Positions 10,038 through 19,671 of a stretch of 64,000 nucleotides of DNA are shown here, piece after piece. Under the pieces are notes generated by a model. It did not search any database. It saw only the letters and a program-made list of their open reading frames with translations, and was not told where the DNA came from. Position numbers and translations under genes: made by a program. Numbering within the stretch: position 1 is the stretch's first letter; the number at the start of each line of letters is the position of its first letter. Source of the DNA: Escherichia phage S143_2. Location: the sequence record MZ189261.1; one strand, written 5' to 3'.

Positions 10038-10272
10038 CTTTTTTCAACTTACGAACTTCTTTGCGGAGTTGTCGATTCATTTCGTTCTTGACTTCAGAAT
10101 CAACGCCTTTCATACGTTTCCATTTATCTGAGCGGAAGATGTTTTCAACCATGTCTTTGTGGCTAACACCGTCAGGAGCTTTACGCTTACCAAAATAGTC
10201 ATAATCACGAACTTTCAAATCTTTACGACGATATGTTTTACCCATAAGTACCTCAGAGGTTGATCGATACAA
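9952..10272 (-). CDS. hypothetical basic protein (start uncertain)
   Basis: 106-aa Lys/Arg-rich ORF; overlaps neighbour so start probably internal. Confidence 0.35.
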   Translation of the reverse strand: MYRSTSEVLMGKTYRRKDLKVRDYDYFGKRKAPDGVSHKDMVENIFRSDKWKRMKGVDSEVKNEMNRQLRKEVRKLKKDVYSKEEYDYNTSHTEAKRKANECYRYS

Positions 10273-10501
10273 CGCGTTTGATAAAATTCACTTCACTTAC
10301 TGAAAGGTCTTTAAGACCGATTGATTCTAAACGCTGAGTAAGCGTCAACATCGGGATATAATCCCAATGAGTTTTATTTGCTTGATAAGTACGAACGCCA
10401 TTAGCAATTTCAACATGCAAATCGGAAATGGTAATGAATACCGGATGCTCGTCATTAACTTTAAGGGTTAGAACAACCTTCTTTGAATCTAAACTAATCA
10501 T
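10253..10501 (-). CDS. hypothetical protein
   Basis: 82-aa ORF. Confidence 0.4.
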   Translation of the reverse strand: MISLDSKKVVLTLKVNDEHPVFITISDLHVEIANGVRTYQANKTHWDYIPMLTLTQRLESIGLKDLSVSEVNFIKRVVSINL

Positions 10502-10680
10502 GGCTTAATTTCCTTCGCAATTGAACAGAAGATACTACGGTCACAAAGCATTTCACCAATTTCTGGATATTTGATTGAACGGTACCAAACATCCAGGCTT
10601 GAAATTCTGGTTATCCGTACTGCATTACCATTGACAGAATAATACCGGTCAACCTTAATTTCTTTATCTTCAATTGTCAT
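10498..10680 (-). CDS. hypothetical protein (start corrected)
   Basis: ATG at 10680 (MTIEDKEIKV...); region 10681-10846 upstream is non-coding promoter/terminator sequence. Confidence 0.4.
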   Translation of the reverse strand: MTIEDKEIKVDRYYSVNGNAVRITRISSLDVWYRSIKYPEIGEMLCDRSIFCSIAKEIKP

Positions 10681-10809
10681 TTTGTTTTCCTCTATAGCAG
10701 ATGGTTTAATCTTAACATATCTATCGAGGATGTAAACTGTTTTATGAAAAATATTTTTGATTTGAGAGGGGCACAAGGAGATAGTGAAGTGAAGATTCCA
10801 ATGGTTTAT

Positions 10810-10847
10810 ATTAGAAATGAGATAAAGAAGACCAGGCGGCACCTGGT
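10810..10847 (-). terminator. rho-independent terminator after nrdH-like gene
   Basis: 6-bp stem ACCAGG/CCUGGU with 5-nt loop directly after stop codon, followed by U-rich tract on minus strand. Confidence 0.5.
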
Positions 10848-11170
10848 CAATCTTCTATGATATCAGAGTCGTATCCTAATGAAATCAAGGACTTTTTAAA
10901 CTCTGCAATATTCTTTTGTTTCTTATCATTTAAAAATATGACAGGATAACGAATATTAAGTGAAGTGAATCCTGCACGTTTAGCAAGAGATACGATTAAA
11001 GGACGGTCGTATTCAATCTTACCATTATTAGTGAGGACTTTATAAAATGTATAAGGAGCATTGAGCTCCTTTAAAAGTTTTGTAACAGCATAACATCCTG
11101 GACAACGTCCTACTTCTTCAGGGATGCCATAGATTTCAATCTTGTTCTTTAAGTTCGAGTTTTGTTCCAC
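10847..11170 (-). CDS. nrdH: NrdH-like glutaredoxin (start uncertain, possibly GTG at 11170)
   Basis: KIEIYGIPEEVGRCPGCYAVTKLL: beta-strand then CPGC redox motif typical of glutaredoxin fold; no in-frame ATG near domain start. Confidence 0.5.
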   Translation of the reverse strand: MEQNSNLKNKIEIYGIPEEVGRCPGCYAVTKLLKELNAPYTFYKVLTNNGKIEYDRPLIVSLAKRAGFTSLNIRYPVIFLNDKKQKNIAEFKKSLISLGYDSDIIED

Positions 11171-11453
11171 GAGAAATAATTCCTTGGTAAGCCCAATAAG
11201 GAGGATTAACAGAATCCTCACCAGAGTTTTCTTCAGGAAAATAAACCTGGATAACGAAGCCGGATTCATCAAATGTAAAATAAACTGTAGGCAGTTCACC
11301 TAACAATTCGACACGAGCATTAATTTCTTCGAGATCTCGTTCACGTCCAGCCCAAAAACTAGGATTTAGATTACATTCGTAAAAATAATAGTCATTACCG
11401 AACATATCAAACCCCTTCCAACTCTCTACCACGTACCGCTCAAAACTAATCAT
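11136..11453 (-). CDS. hypothetical protein
   Basis: 105-aa ORF immediately upstream of and overlapping the glutaredoxin-like frame. Confidence 0.4.
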   Translation of the reverse strand: MISFERYVVESWKGFDMFGNDYYFYECNLNPSFWAGRERDLEEINARVELLGELPTVYFTFDESGFVIQVYFPEENSGEDSVNPPYWAYQGIISRGTKLELKEQD

Positions 11454-11455
11454 AA

Positions 11456-11671
11456 TTAAGCCTTTTTATCAAGAACAGAATTCAGTTTGTTAGTAATTTT
11501 GTCCAGACGCTCATTGAACTCACTAGAAGATAAACCCTTTTCTGGAGAAATTAAACTAATCACGAAAAATACACCAGTAAAAGGAATAAGAAAAATAGCT
11601 CCAACTGCCATAAACAAAAAGAACGTTACAGTTGTAAGAAAATCAGCTAAACCTTTACGAAATTTGTACAT
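11456..11671 (-). CDS. small membrane protein
   Basis: 71 aa with two hydrophobic helices (FLTTVTFFLFMAVGAIFLIPFTGVFFVISLI). Confidence 0.45.
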   Translation of the reverse strand: MYKFRKGLADFLTTVTFFLFMAVGAIFLIPFTGVFFVISLISPEKGLSSSEFNERLDKITNKLNSVLDKKA

Positions 11672-11781
11672 ATTTACCCTTAATTAACTAAGCATTGATA
11701 ATCATTAAACTATATTGCGAATAAAATTCTGGACCAAAACGAAAAATCATATCATTTATAGTATCCATAATGTAATTCAAT

Positions 11782-12252
11782 TTAATCATGTTTCCACACC
11801 CCATCGGTATTTGACCAAAGTCGCTGATTATCTGATCCTCGCCACAGCTTTTTAGTCGGAAGATTTTTCTCATACTTCCCATCAATAATAACATCAACAT
11901 ATTTAAGCATTTCTAGTTGTTTAATATCTTCAAACTTATATCCTGTCCACAACCAAATGCTTTTATTGGGATAAAGATTTTTTACTGTTTGAGCAATGCG
12001 ATGAATAACATCTCGGTTATCAGGATAGAGAGGGTCTCCTCCGGTTATAGTTAATCCTTCTATATAATCATTATTCAAACATTCAATCAATTGTTCTAGT
12101 GTTTCACCAGTGAATGGAATACCATTTCTAGCATTCCATGTTGATTTATTATAACACCCTTCGCATTTATGCAAACAACCCGTAACGAAAAGAACGACCC
12201 TGCAACCAGGGCCATTCACAAAATCGCAAGGATAAAATCTATCATAATTCAT
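11782..12252 (-). CDS. nrdG: anaerobic ribonucleotide reductase activating protein NrdG
   Basis: 156 aa; radical-SAM CxxxCxxC (CLHKCEGC); directly downstream of nrdD. Confidence 0.9.
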   Translation of the reverse strand: MNYDRFYPCDFVNGPGCRVVLFVTGCLHKCEGCYNKSTWNARNGIPFTGETLEQLIECLNNDYIEGLTITGGDPLYPDNRDVIHRIAQTVKNLYPNKSIWLWTGYKFEDIKQLEMLKYVDVIIDGKYEKNLPTKKLWRGSDNQRLWSNTDGVWKHD

Positions 12253-14066
12253 TGGTGTTTAACCCTATGCATGATTTCTTTATTTTTGCCGAGATTAAAT
12301 CCGCGTTCGTTCGGATTTCCCAAATAACCACAAGTTCTTCTTATTGTGTTCATCTTTTTAGGGTCAGTTTCTCCGCAAACTGAACAAACAAATCCGTTTT
12401 CAGTAGGAGTCATTTCATGGGTACTTCCACATGTAAAACATTTATCTACTGGCATATTAACACCAAAATAATCTAAATGTTGTGCGGCATAATCCCATAC
12501 AGCCTCAAGACCTTTTAAGTTATTTTTCATATCAGGAAGTTCAACATAAGAAATGTGTCCGCCAGTCGCAATGAAATGATATGGGGCTTCGCGAGAAATC
12601 TTTTCAAACGGAGTGATATTTTCTTCTACTGAAACATGGAAACTATTAGTGTACCAGCCTTTATCAGTAACATCCTTTACACTTCCATATTTTTCAGTAT
12701 CAAGTTTACAGAAGCGATAACAAAGGTTTTCAGCAGGTGTAGAATACAAACTAAAAGCAAAACCGGTTCTTTCAGTCCACTGTTTAAGATGAGCATTCAT
12801 TTTAGTTAAAATTTCTTGTCCAATATCACGACCGACAAGAATATTCAATTCGTGAATACCAATGTATCCTAGGGACACTGAACTTCTACCGTTTTTAAAT
12901 AACTCAATTATATCGTCATCAGGTTTAAGACGAACCCCGAATGCACCTTCTTGGTAAAGAATAGGAGCAACAGTCGCTTTAACTCCTTTTAAGGAACTAA
13001 TTCTACACATCAAAGCTTCAAAACACAAATCCATTCGTTCATTGAACAATTCGGCAAATTTCTGTTCATTGAATTGTGTTCCAATATAAGAATCTAACGC
13101 AATGCGAGGAAGATTCAGTGTTACAACACCAAGATTATTGCGTCCATCAAGAATTTCATTACCAGTCGAATCTTTCCATACACTCAAGAAACTACGGCAA
13201 CCCATTGGAGAAACTGGAACTGAAGAACCAGTAATAGCTTTATTATTCTTAACCGAAATAATGTCAGGATACATTCTTTTGCTTGCACATTCTAACGCAA
13301 GTTGTTTAATATCATAGTTCGGATCATCTTTATAAAGATTAACACCTTCTTCAACGAACATAACAAGCTTAGGGAAAATAGGAGTTATTCCATCACGACC
13401 AAGGCCTTTAATGCGGTTTTTAAGAATTGCTTTCTGAATCATTCGTTCAGTCCAGTCGGTTCCTGTACCAAATGTAATTGTTACAAAAGGAGTCTGTCCG
13501 TTTGAACTAAAGAGAGTATTTACTTCATATTCATAAGCTTGGAATGCATCGTATACGTCTTTTTCTGTTTTAGATTGAGCATAATTCAACGCATCAGCGA
13601 TTTGCCATTTTTCTGCATCTTCAACATGTTTAGCGTATGTGCGTTTAACATAAGGAGAAAGAACTTTATCGACATTCGCAAATGTAGTTCCGCCATATTG
13701 GTGTGAAGCAACTTGTGCGGTAATTTGTGCCATAATTGCAGTAGCAACGCCAATAGATTTAGGCGTTTCAATTTGAGCATTGCCTAATTTAAATCCATTC
13801 TCAAGCATCCCCTTTAAATCGACTAAACAGCAATTAGTAAATGGAAGAGCAGGAGAATAATCAATATCATGCATGTGAATGATTCCGCTTTCATGCGCAT
13901 TCATAATAAAAGACGGGACCATATTTTTGGCAATGTGCTTAGACACAATACCAGCCATAAGGTCCCGTTGAGTTGGAAAAACACGAGAATCTTTATTAGC
14001 ATTCTCGTTTAAAAGGTCTTTATTAGTTTTATGAATTAATCCTTCAATTTCTTTTTCAATTTTCAT
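12249..14066 (-). CDS. nrdD: anaerobic ribonucleoside-triphosphate reductase NrdD
   Basis: 605 aa uninterrupted; C-terminal glycyl-radical motif RTCGYLG and Zn-ribbon CFTCG...CSVCG. Confidence 0.95.
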   Translation of the reverse strand: MKIEKEIEGLIHKTNKDLLNENANKDSRVFPTQRDLMAGIVSKHIAKNMVPSFIMNAHESGIIHMHDIDYSPALPFTNCCLVDLKGMLENGFKLGNAQIETPKSIGVATAIMAQITAQVASHQYGGTTFANVDKVLSPYVKRTYAKHVEDAEKWQIADALNYAQSKTEKDVYDAFQAYEYEVNTLFSSNGQTPFVTITFGTGTDWTERMIQKAILKNRIKGLGRDGITPIFPKLVMFVEEGVNLYKDDPNYDIKQLALECASKRMYPDIISVKNNKAITGSSVPVSPMGCRSFLSVWKDSTGNEILDGRNNLGVVTLNLPRIALDSYIGTQFNEQKFAELFNERMDLCFEALMCRISSLKGVKATVAPILYQEGAFGVRLKPDDDIIELFKNGRSSVSLGYIGIHELNILVGRDIGQEILTKMNAHLKQWTERTGFAFSLYSTPAENLCYRFCKLDTEKYGSVKDVTDKGWYTNSFHVSVEENITPFEKISREAPYHFIATGGHISYVELPDMKNNLKGLEAVWDYAAQHLDYFGVNMPVDKCFTCGSTHEMTPTENGFVCSVCGETDPKKMNTIRRTCGYLGNPNERGFNLGKNKEIMHRVKHQ

Positions 14067-14536
14067 TTTAAACTCTTTCTAAGCTGCTTTTTGAATGAAG
14101 CTATTAATTGTGTTTTAGTATCTGATTCATTATATTCAAATCCTCTTTGAAGCATCTCGGTCATCATTTCCTCTTTACCTAGTCTTGAGAACTCTTTAGT
14201 TTTGTCTGGAACAAAATTAGGATGGATATTATTATCAGAATAATCTTGTTTCAAATAAGCGAGAAGAGCTTCAAGCCATTCTAGGTAGTCGACATCACGG
14301 CCTTTAAGACCAGAACGGTTGAACTTATGCTTCATTTGACCTTCTGCTGCGTTGCACAGATTACAGAGTAATCCACGAACTCTACCGGCTTTTGGCCCGT
14401 TTAATTCATGGTCGTGGTCAAGATGGTTACCTTGAACATCAGGGTCTAATTCACGGTGGCAAATAGGACACTTACCGTTCTGTGCATCATAAAATTTTTG
14501 TTTTTCTTCTTTATATTTTGCGCCTGATAATAACAT
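14063..14536 (-). CDS. 49: endonuclease VII (Holliday junction resolvase) gp49
   Basis: 157 aa; near-identical to T4 endo VII (GKCPICHREL...HLDHDHELNGPKAG...CNLCNAAEG). Confidence 0.9.
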   Translation of the reverse strand: MLLSGAKYKEEKQKFYDAQNGKCPICHRELDPDVQGNHLDHDHELNGPKAGRVRGLLCNLCNAAEGQMKHKFNRSGLKGRDVDYLEWLEALLAYLKQDYSDNNIHPNFVPDKTKEFSRLGKEEMMTEMLQRGFEYNESDTKTQLIASFKKQLRKSLK

Positions 14537-14571
14537 GATAAACCCTTACCTTAAATAGATAAGGGTATTTA

Positions 14572-14985
14572 TTAACTTAAACGTCTTTCTAAATATTCAA
14601 TGTATTCTGCGGCTGCTTGCATCAGGTTACCTTCATAGCCGTCGTTATTTTCTTGTCCGGCTAATTTAGCTAAAGCATAAGAAATACGTTCACCTTCGAA
14701 TTCGCCAAGTCCACCATCACAAACTACTTGGTCAATTTCTTCGAGTTCATCTATTGAATGGGATTCCCAGAAGCACCAAAGAGAAGTATCACGGTCATAG
14801 ATGCAAAGTTTCTCACCTGTGTTCAACATCACTTCGATAATGCCATGGTCGCCATAACCATCTTCGGTAGTAGTACCAATTACCTTGATGATCGTATCTT
14901 TCTTTAATTCAGGAAACTTGACTTGTAGTTCTTCATCTTCTTTAACAATCTTGAACCATTTACCGCGAGTTTCAGAAATATTCAT
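14572..14985 (-). CDS. hypothetical acidic protein (start corrected to ATG 14985)
   Basis: 137 aa from MNISETRGKW...; track start 15123 lies in preceding frame. Confidence 0.4.
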   Translation of the reverse strand: MNISETRGKWFKIVKEDEELQVKFPELKKDTIIKVIGTTTEDGYGDHGIIEVMLNTGEKLCIYDRDTSLWCFWESHSIDELEEIDQVVCDGGLGEFEGERISYALAKLAGQENNDGYEGNLMQAAAEYIEYLERRLS

Positions 14986-15285
14986 ATCAATATTCTCTAT
15001 AAAAGTTACGATGAGAACGTTTAGCTTTGCGAAGCTGACGTTTAGTAGGACGAACTGTAAATGGTTGTCCAGAGAAAAAATTCGGATCGGTTTTAATAAG
15101 CAAATACCAATCATGTTTGCCATTTTTTAATAAACGGTACAATAATTTAACTTGCATAATAATCTCTTCCCATTTCCATATCAATTAATTCATTTATTGA
15201 AGGTTCATCATAACACGTTTCTTCGTCGTTGTAAACTGTTTCAACGTCTGGCTCGACAGTCTCCCAACGAGCAGAATACCACGGT

Positions 15286-15642
15286 TTAACCCCGGAGTTT
15301 ATTGAGCTCTTCATAATCAATCCAGGATTCTAGCCCTGACGGTAGGTCACATTCAATGTTCCACAGAAGCTCTTCAATGGCTTGCAGGCGATTATATTCT
15401 TCAACGGTAATGGTAACCATTGGTGCAACCGGTTCTGCCTTTTTAACCATCATATCGTTCATCAGGACGTAAAGGTCATCACGAACGACAGTGTCGTTCC
15501 AACCCCATGATTTGGCTTCGTAAGCTAATGATGAAGGGAGCACATTTAAAACTTCAATAATAGTTGGAGCATCAGGACCAAGTTCATTGGCACAAACTTC
15601 GTATACATCTTGGAAATCTTTAAGATTTAATGAATATGTCAT
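15286..15642 (-). CDS. hypothetical protein
   Basis: 118-aa ORF. Confidence 0.45.
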   Translation of the reverse strand: MTYSLNLKDFQDVYEVCANELGPDAPTIIEVLNVLPSSLAYEAKSWGWNDTVVRDDLYVLMNDMMVKKAEPVAPMVTITVEEYNRLQAIEELLWNIECDLPSGLESWIDYEELNKLRG

Positions 15643-15902
15643 TTAAAATATTCTCGCAGTTGGTCAAATCCACCAATGTGACTTCCATCAGGAGCAAACA
15701 CTTGAGGCATAGTCAATCCGACTTGTGATTCACGTCCAAGCTTAACCAGAAGCTCAGCAATTTTCTCATCATCGAACACACCTTTTTCTGGCATAACATT
15801 AATGAATTCAAATGGCTGTTTCTTAACAGTCAGCAATCGTTTCGCATTATCACAATAAATGCATTTATGAATAGTAGAGTCGTACCCGTACACTTTAAAC
15901 AT
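15639..15902 (-). CDS. nrdC: thioredoxin/glutaredoxin NrdC
   Basis: 87 aa from ATG 15902: MFKVYGYDSTIHKCIYCDNAKRLL... with CxxC; matches T4 NrdC. Confidence 0.85.
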   Translation of the reverse strand: MFKVYGYDSTIHKCIYCDNAKRLLTVKKQPFEFINVMPEKGVFDDEKIAELLVKLGRESQVGLTMPQVFAPDGSHIGGFDQLREYFK

Positions 15903-16308
15903 TATTTTTCCTTTCATCGATTAAATATGCAATGCCAAATACAATACATGTAATAAAACCTGTGATACAGATAGAAACCAACAACACTGTACCAAAGAAC
16001 CAAATAAGGTTATCTTTAGTAGTTTGTTTGATATCCATCTCACGAATTTCTATAGCTATCGTATCACCTTTATTCAGAAGCGTATAAAACGATGGCGATA
16101 CACGCCTGTCAAAAACTCGTCCTTGCTCATCTTTATAGACTGCAATAAATTCTAATTTAGAATATTTTCCTGTAGATTGGCCTGAGATTAATTCCACTAC
16201 CTCCACAGGAATTACTTTAGTTTCCATGTAAGTATTCTGGCTGTTCCAAATGAACGGAACGATGGCAAAAACTAAAGCTGCAATAAAACAACGAAGGCTG
16301 TATCTCAT
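15895..16308 (-). CDS. membrane protein
   Basis: 137 aa; N-terminal and C-terminal hydrophobic helices. Confidence 0.5.
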   Translation of the reverse strand: MRYSLRCFIAALVFAIVPFIWNSQNTYMETKVIPVEVVELISGQSTGKYSKLEFIAVYKDEQGRVFDRRVSPSFYTLLNKGDTIAIEIREMDIKQTTKDNLIWFFGTVLLVSICITGFITCIVFGIAYLIDERKNNV

Positions 16309-16613
16309 TATAATGTTCTCTCAAATTTGTGGAAGCATTTACGGCATTTCAATTTCAAGTTATCGGTGGTCCAGTTAACCAGTTGGACTTGGATAGTTCC
16401 ACATTCCGGACATGGATGTTTTGCTGCCGATTTGGCAGCATTTTCACGTCGTTCAACCATTTTCATTATTTCGTTCCATGCCGGAGGAACGAACTCTTCT
16501 TCACCGTGGATTTTATCTCGCTGAACAAATTCAATCTTTGAACTATCGTCAATAAACTTAACCAAGCCATGATTAGTGCTCATATCAATATCCTCTAAAA
16601 GACGTAGTTTCAT
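16308..16613 (-). CDS. small Zn-ribbon protein
   Basis: 101 aa; CPECG...CRKC four-cysteine motif. Confidence 0.5.
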   Translation of the reverse strand: MKLRLLEDIDMSTNHGLVKFIDDSSKIEFVQRDKIHGEEEFVPPAWNEIMKMVERRENAAKSAAKHPCPECGTIQVQLVNWTTDNLKLKCRKCFHKFERTL

Positions 16614-17563
16614 TATAACACCTCAATGGCATTTCGTAAGCCATCCGCTTTCGCATTCAGAGCTTTTAACGATTTAGTTTGTTCTGCAATCTGGGCTTCG
16701 ACTTCTTTCAGACGAGATTTGAGATATTCGCGTTCTTCTCTTAAGTTATCAACTTTTTCTGCTTTAGGCTCTTTAATAGGCTTAGGTTTATACGTATTAG
16801 GGTTCTTCAGCTTAATTTGAATACGAGAACTGAATAACATTGAACCATTATCTTCAGTTTCGCTGAACATTTCAACAACATCCATAGTCTGTAACATCAT
16901 ACGAAGTTTATAAGACAGCGAACGAACGGTTTTGTTGCGCTTATTAATTTCTTCGGCTTTCATGGTACCGAGATTACGTGAGTAGTAATAAGGAACCTGG
17001 ATATCAATTGACAATGATGCGTTACCATTACCAGTTGGTTTGAATACTGCAGTAACCCAATCTTTAACATGAACTTTATTTGTACGACCATCACCGCCTG
17101 TGAATAATTTACGTGAATGTTTAAAAAGCATATTCACTTGGTTATTGAATTCACAAGCAAATTTATCAGCAAATTTAGTTTCAGGAATGGTAGATAACCA
17201 ATCAGCCAAATGAGTCTTTTTAACATCGTTAATAATAGTAAATTCAACTAAATCAGTTTTAGATGTCACAGATTTAATAAAGCTCGGCTTCATAAAGTTT
17301 TTAATGTTATCACGAGCTACAGTAGAAGATAATAAACGAGAACGTTTGAACCATTGAAGCAGTGTCCCTAATGAATGAGAATACGCATTCTGAGTATCTT
17401 TACAGATATGATTTTCTTGGCCTGTGTATGTACCAAAATCGCGAAGAATACCACTTACTACAACTCGGTGTGGAACATCAAATCCTAATGAACCAGAAGC
17501 ACGTTGGGCATGAACGTTAGCGATAAGACCTGCAAAATAATCAATGTAATGTGAACGTGTCAT
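16613..17563 (-). CDS. hypothetical protein with C-terminal coiled coil (316 aa)
   Basis: first of three tandem ~320-aa ORFs each with own promoter; heptad-rich C-terminus. Confidence 0.55.
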   Translation of the reverse strand: MTRSHYIDYFAGLIANVHAQRASGSLGFDVPHRVVVSGILRDFGTYTGQENHICKDTQNAYSHSLGTLLQWFKRSRLLSSTVARDNIKNFMKPSFIKSVTSKTDLVEFTIINDVKKTHLADWLSTIPETKFADKFACEFNNQVNMLFKHSRKLFTGGDGRTNKVHVKDWVTAVFKPTGNGNASLSIDIQVPYYYSRNLGTMKAEEINKRNKTVRSLSYKLRMMLQTMDVVEMFSETEDNGSMLFSSRIQIKLKNPNTYKPKPIKEPKAEKVDNLREEREYLKSRLKEVEAQIAEQTKSLKALNAKADGLRNAIEVL

Positions 17564-17591
17564 AATATTTTCCTCTCGTTAAGATAGAAAG

Positions 17592-17621
17592 ATTATACTC
17601 CAACCATCCTTGGTTGTAAAC
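17592..17621 (-). promoter_or_regulatory. sigma70-type early promoter with palindromic spacer (module family A)
   Basis: minus strand GTTTACA-accaaggatggttggag-TATAAT; spacer contains perfect palindrome CAACCATCCTTGGTTG. Confidence 0.55.
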
Positions 17622-17625
17622 TGAT

Positions 17626-18585
17626 TTATGATTTTAATGCATTCATTGCGTTAAAAAGTTTAGAGTACTGCAACTGGAGCTTGGTAACTACTTGTTGAGC
17701 ATCACGAAGCTTAGCTTGTGCTTTGTCAAGTTCAACAGACAGTTGGTCCACAGTGGCTTTAATTTGATTATAATAGTAATCTTCGGCCGGAAGAAGGTCA
17801 TTAGAAACATTTAGTTTTACTGCAGACAGTTTGCACACATTTGGCAAACCTTTAAACATTGATTTACCCGAAGTAGAATAAGCACTTAGGACTTCGGCCT
17901 GTTCAATTGGGGTCCCAGTAAGCGATGCTTCAAACAATGCATTTTCCTTTTTAAGATTTTGATAGTATTCAGAGTCTTTGTGCCACCATGGCGCAGGAAC
18001 CTTTTTACCAATAGATACACGAGCCTGGATAGCGATATGGCCCTTATTCTTGATAGGGTCGATAATATTAAGCTCACGAGAATAAATTGCTTTAATCTGG
18101 TGAATATTATCACCTAACACTTCCAACGCTCGGTGGAATACACGAGCAACGTTATCATTCTTAGGTTTATACGTAAGAGTGAACTCGTTCTCACTGATAA
18201 CCATGATTTCCAACTTATCGTAAGTATATTTCAAATGTTTCATGTTAATTGCTTGAGGACGAATACGAGAAGCAATGGCCATCAGATTGTTAAGGTTATT
18301 CCGGAACTGCTTAGCGAAATATTGTCCTTCACCACCAATACAAAAATTACGAAGTTTCTGTTTGGCTAATAAACGGCTGAACTCACCATTTTTAATGAAC
18401 TCTTTAACGGGTGTGTTAGTAACGCATTCAAATTGAGTAAACTTACGAGAAGTAATCCCATAATACGAACAGATTTCCTCAATCTCTTCAGGAGTCTTTA
18501 CAGGCATACGGATAGGATTAGGACCTGGGGTATATGCGTTCGAGGTAAATTCTTTGATAAGTTCTCTACGTGTAATAAAAGCCAT
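17626..18585 (-). CDS. hypothetical protein with C-terminal coiled coil (319 aa)
   Basis: second of tandem trio. Confidence 0.55.
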   Translation of the reverse strand: MAFITRRELIKEFTSNAYTPGPNPIRMPVKTPEEIEEICSYYGITSRKFTQFECVTNTPVKEFIKNGEFSRLLAKQKLRNFCIGGEGQYFAKQFRNNLNNLMAIASRIRPQAINMKHLKYTYDKLEIMVISENEFTLTYKPKNDNVARVFHRALEVLGDNIHQIKAIYSRELNIIDPIKNKGHIAIQARVSIGKKVPAPWWHKDSEYYQNLKKENALFEASLTGTPIEQAEVLSAYSTSGKSMFKGLPNVCKLSAVKLNVSNDLLPAEDYYYNQIKATVDQLSVELDKAQAKLRDAQQVVTKLQLQYSKLFNAMNALKS

Positions 18586-18612
18586 TTTATATTCCTCATG
18601 TTGAAAAATTTA

Positions 18613-18640
18613 TTATACTCCAACCATCCTTGGTTGTACA
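18613..18640 (-). promoter_or_regulatory. sigma70-type early promoter with palindromic spacer (module family A)
   Basis: minus strand TGTACA-accaaggatggttggag-TATAAT; same palindrome as 17601-17616. Confidence 0.5.
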
Positions 18641-19636
18641 TCATTCCTTAAGAAGTTTTACTACCTGAATAAGATTAGCTCGTTCTGTTTTATTTTTACC
18701 GTTTAAGCCTGCTAATCGTGAGATTTCATCGTCAGTCTGTTGAATAGTTACATTAAGTTCGTTAATCAAAGCTTCAAAGTATTTGATTTGCTCAGCATGT
18801 TTTGATTCAAATTTCTGAACTGGAATAACGTCTTGGTTTAGTTCATCAATAAGGTCTTTAAGAGCATCTTCTTGGTTGATATCATATTCAACTTCTTTTA
18901 TTTCTTCAACGAGCTCGTCTTTATATCTAACGTCTTTTAGTCCTGGTGCTGGTCCTGAAATCTCTTCTTTAAGAGTACAAACATATCCAATACGATATCC
19001 AATGCCGTCTCGCTTGATATCAACTTCGTCAATAAATCCACAATGTTTAAGACCAGAGCCGATTAAGTCAAAATATCCTTGACGTCGTCCTTCAAACGTT
19101 ACACGAACTACTAAGACAGTTTTACCTGCAACCTTTTGAAGCTCACATTTATAAAAGTCTGTTGAACCTGAATAACGTGGATGAGTTTTAAAGTTCATCT
19201 GACGATCTAGGCCCATTTGTAAGCGTGCTGATACGGCCATAAAACGTGTTTGGTTCTCGTTAAGATGAGCAACAATCCATTTCAAAGGCATTTTACACTG
19301 TTCACGACCGAACAAATCAGTATATCCTAGATTACGCAGAATGTTGTTAGAGTTAATCATCGACAGAACGTTAAGTTTATTCAGCGCGCTGAAGATTCCA
19401 TCGGCCATTGATTTTCCGTAACCTTTACACGCTTTAATAAGCGCTCGCGGTAGATTAGTATAGATTTCAGACGGCATATGAAAATCAAATTTACTAGTCA
19501 GTAATTGATGAACTTGGATAGCAATTTGCTCATAATTAAGCGCTCTGCGATCATTATGGTCTTTAAACCACACTTTAATCTGTGAAGCACATAAACCGTT
19601 AATTTCATGTTTTACCGCATCAGATGTAATGCTCAT
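18641..19636 (-). CDS. hypothetical protein with C-terminal coiled coil (331 aa)
   Basis: third of tandem trio. Confidence 0.55.
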   Translation of the reverse strand: MSITSDAVKHEINGLCASQIKVWFKDHNDRRALNYEQIAIQVHQLLTSKFDFHMPSEIYTNLPRALIKACKGYGKSMADGIFSALNKLNVLSMINSNNILRNLGYTDLFGREQCKMPLKWIVAHLNENQTRFMAVSARLQMGLDRQMNFKTHPRYSGSTDFYKCELQKVAGKTVLVVRVTFEGRRQGYFDLIGSGLKHCGFIDEVDIKRDGIGYRIGYVCTLKEEISGPAPGLKDVRYKDELVEEIKEVEYDINQEDALKDLIDELNQDVIPVQKFESKHAEQIKYFEALINELNVTIQQTDDEISRLAGLNGKNKTERANLIQVVKLLKE

Positions 19637-19671
19637 AACTATTTCCTCAGATTGAATTGGAACTCAAAACC

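Noticed and set aside
11688-11900. 70-aa minus-strand ORF overlapping the 3' end of nrdG
   Set aside because: Mostly overlaps nrdG in another frame; the non-overlapping part is under 30 codons
14987-15184. 65-aa basic ORF upstream of the 14572 gene
   Set aside because: Only about 56 codons from the first ATG and a very basic low-complexity tail; could be real but I could not support it
16613-19636. The three ~320-aa proteins as hmC glycosyl/arabinosyl transferases
   Set aside because: Size alone suggested it; I see no Rossmann-type nucleotide-sugar motifs and the C-terminal coiled coils are atypical for glycosyltransferases
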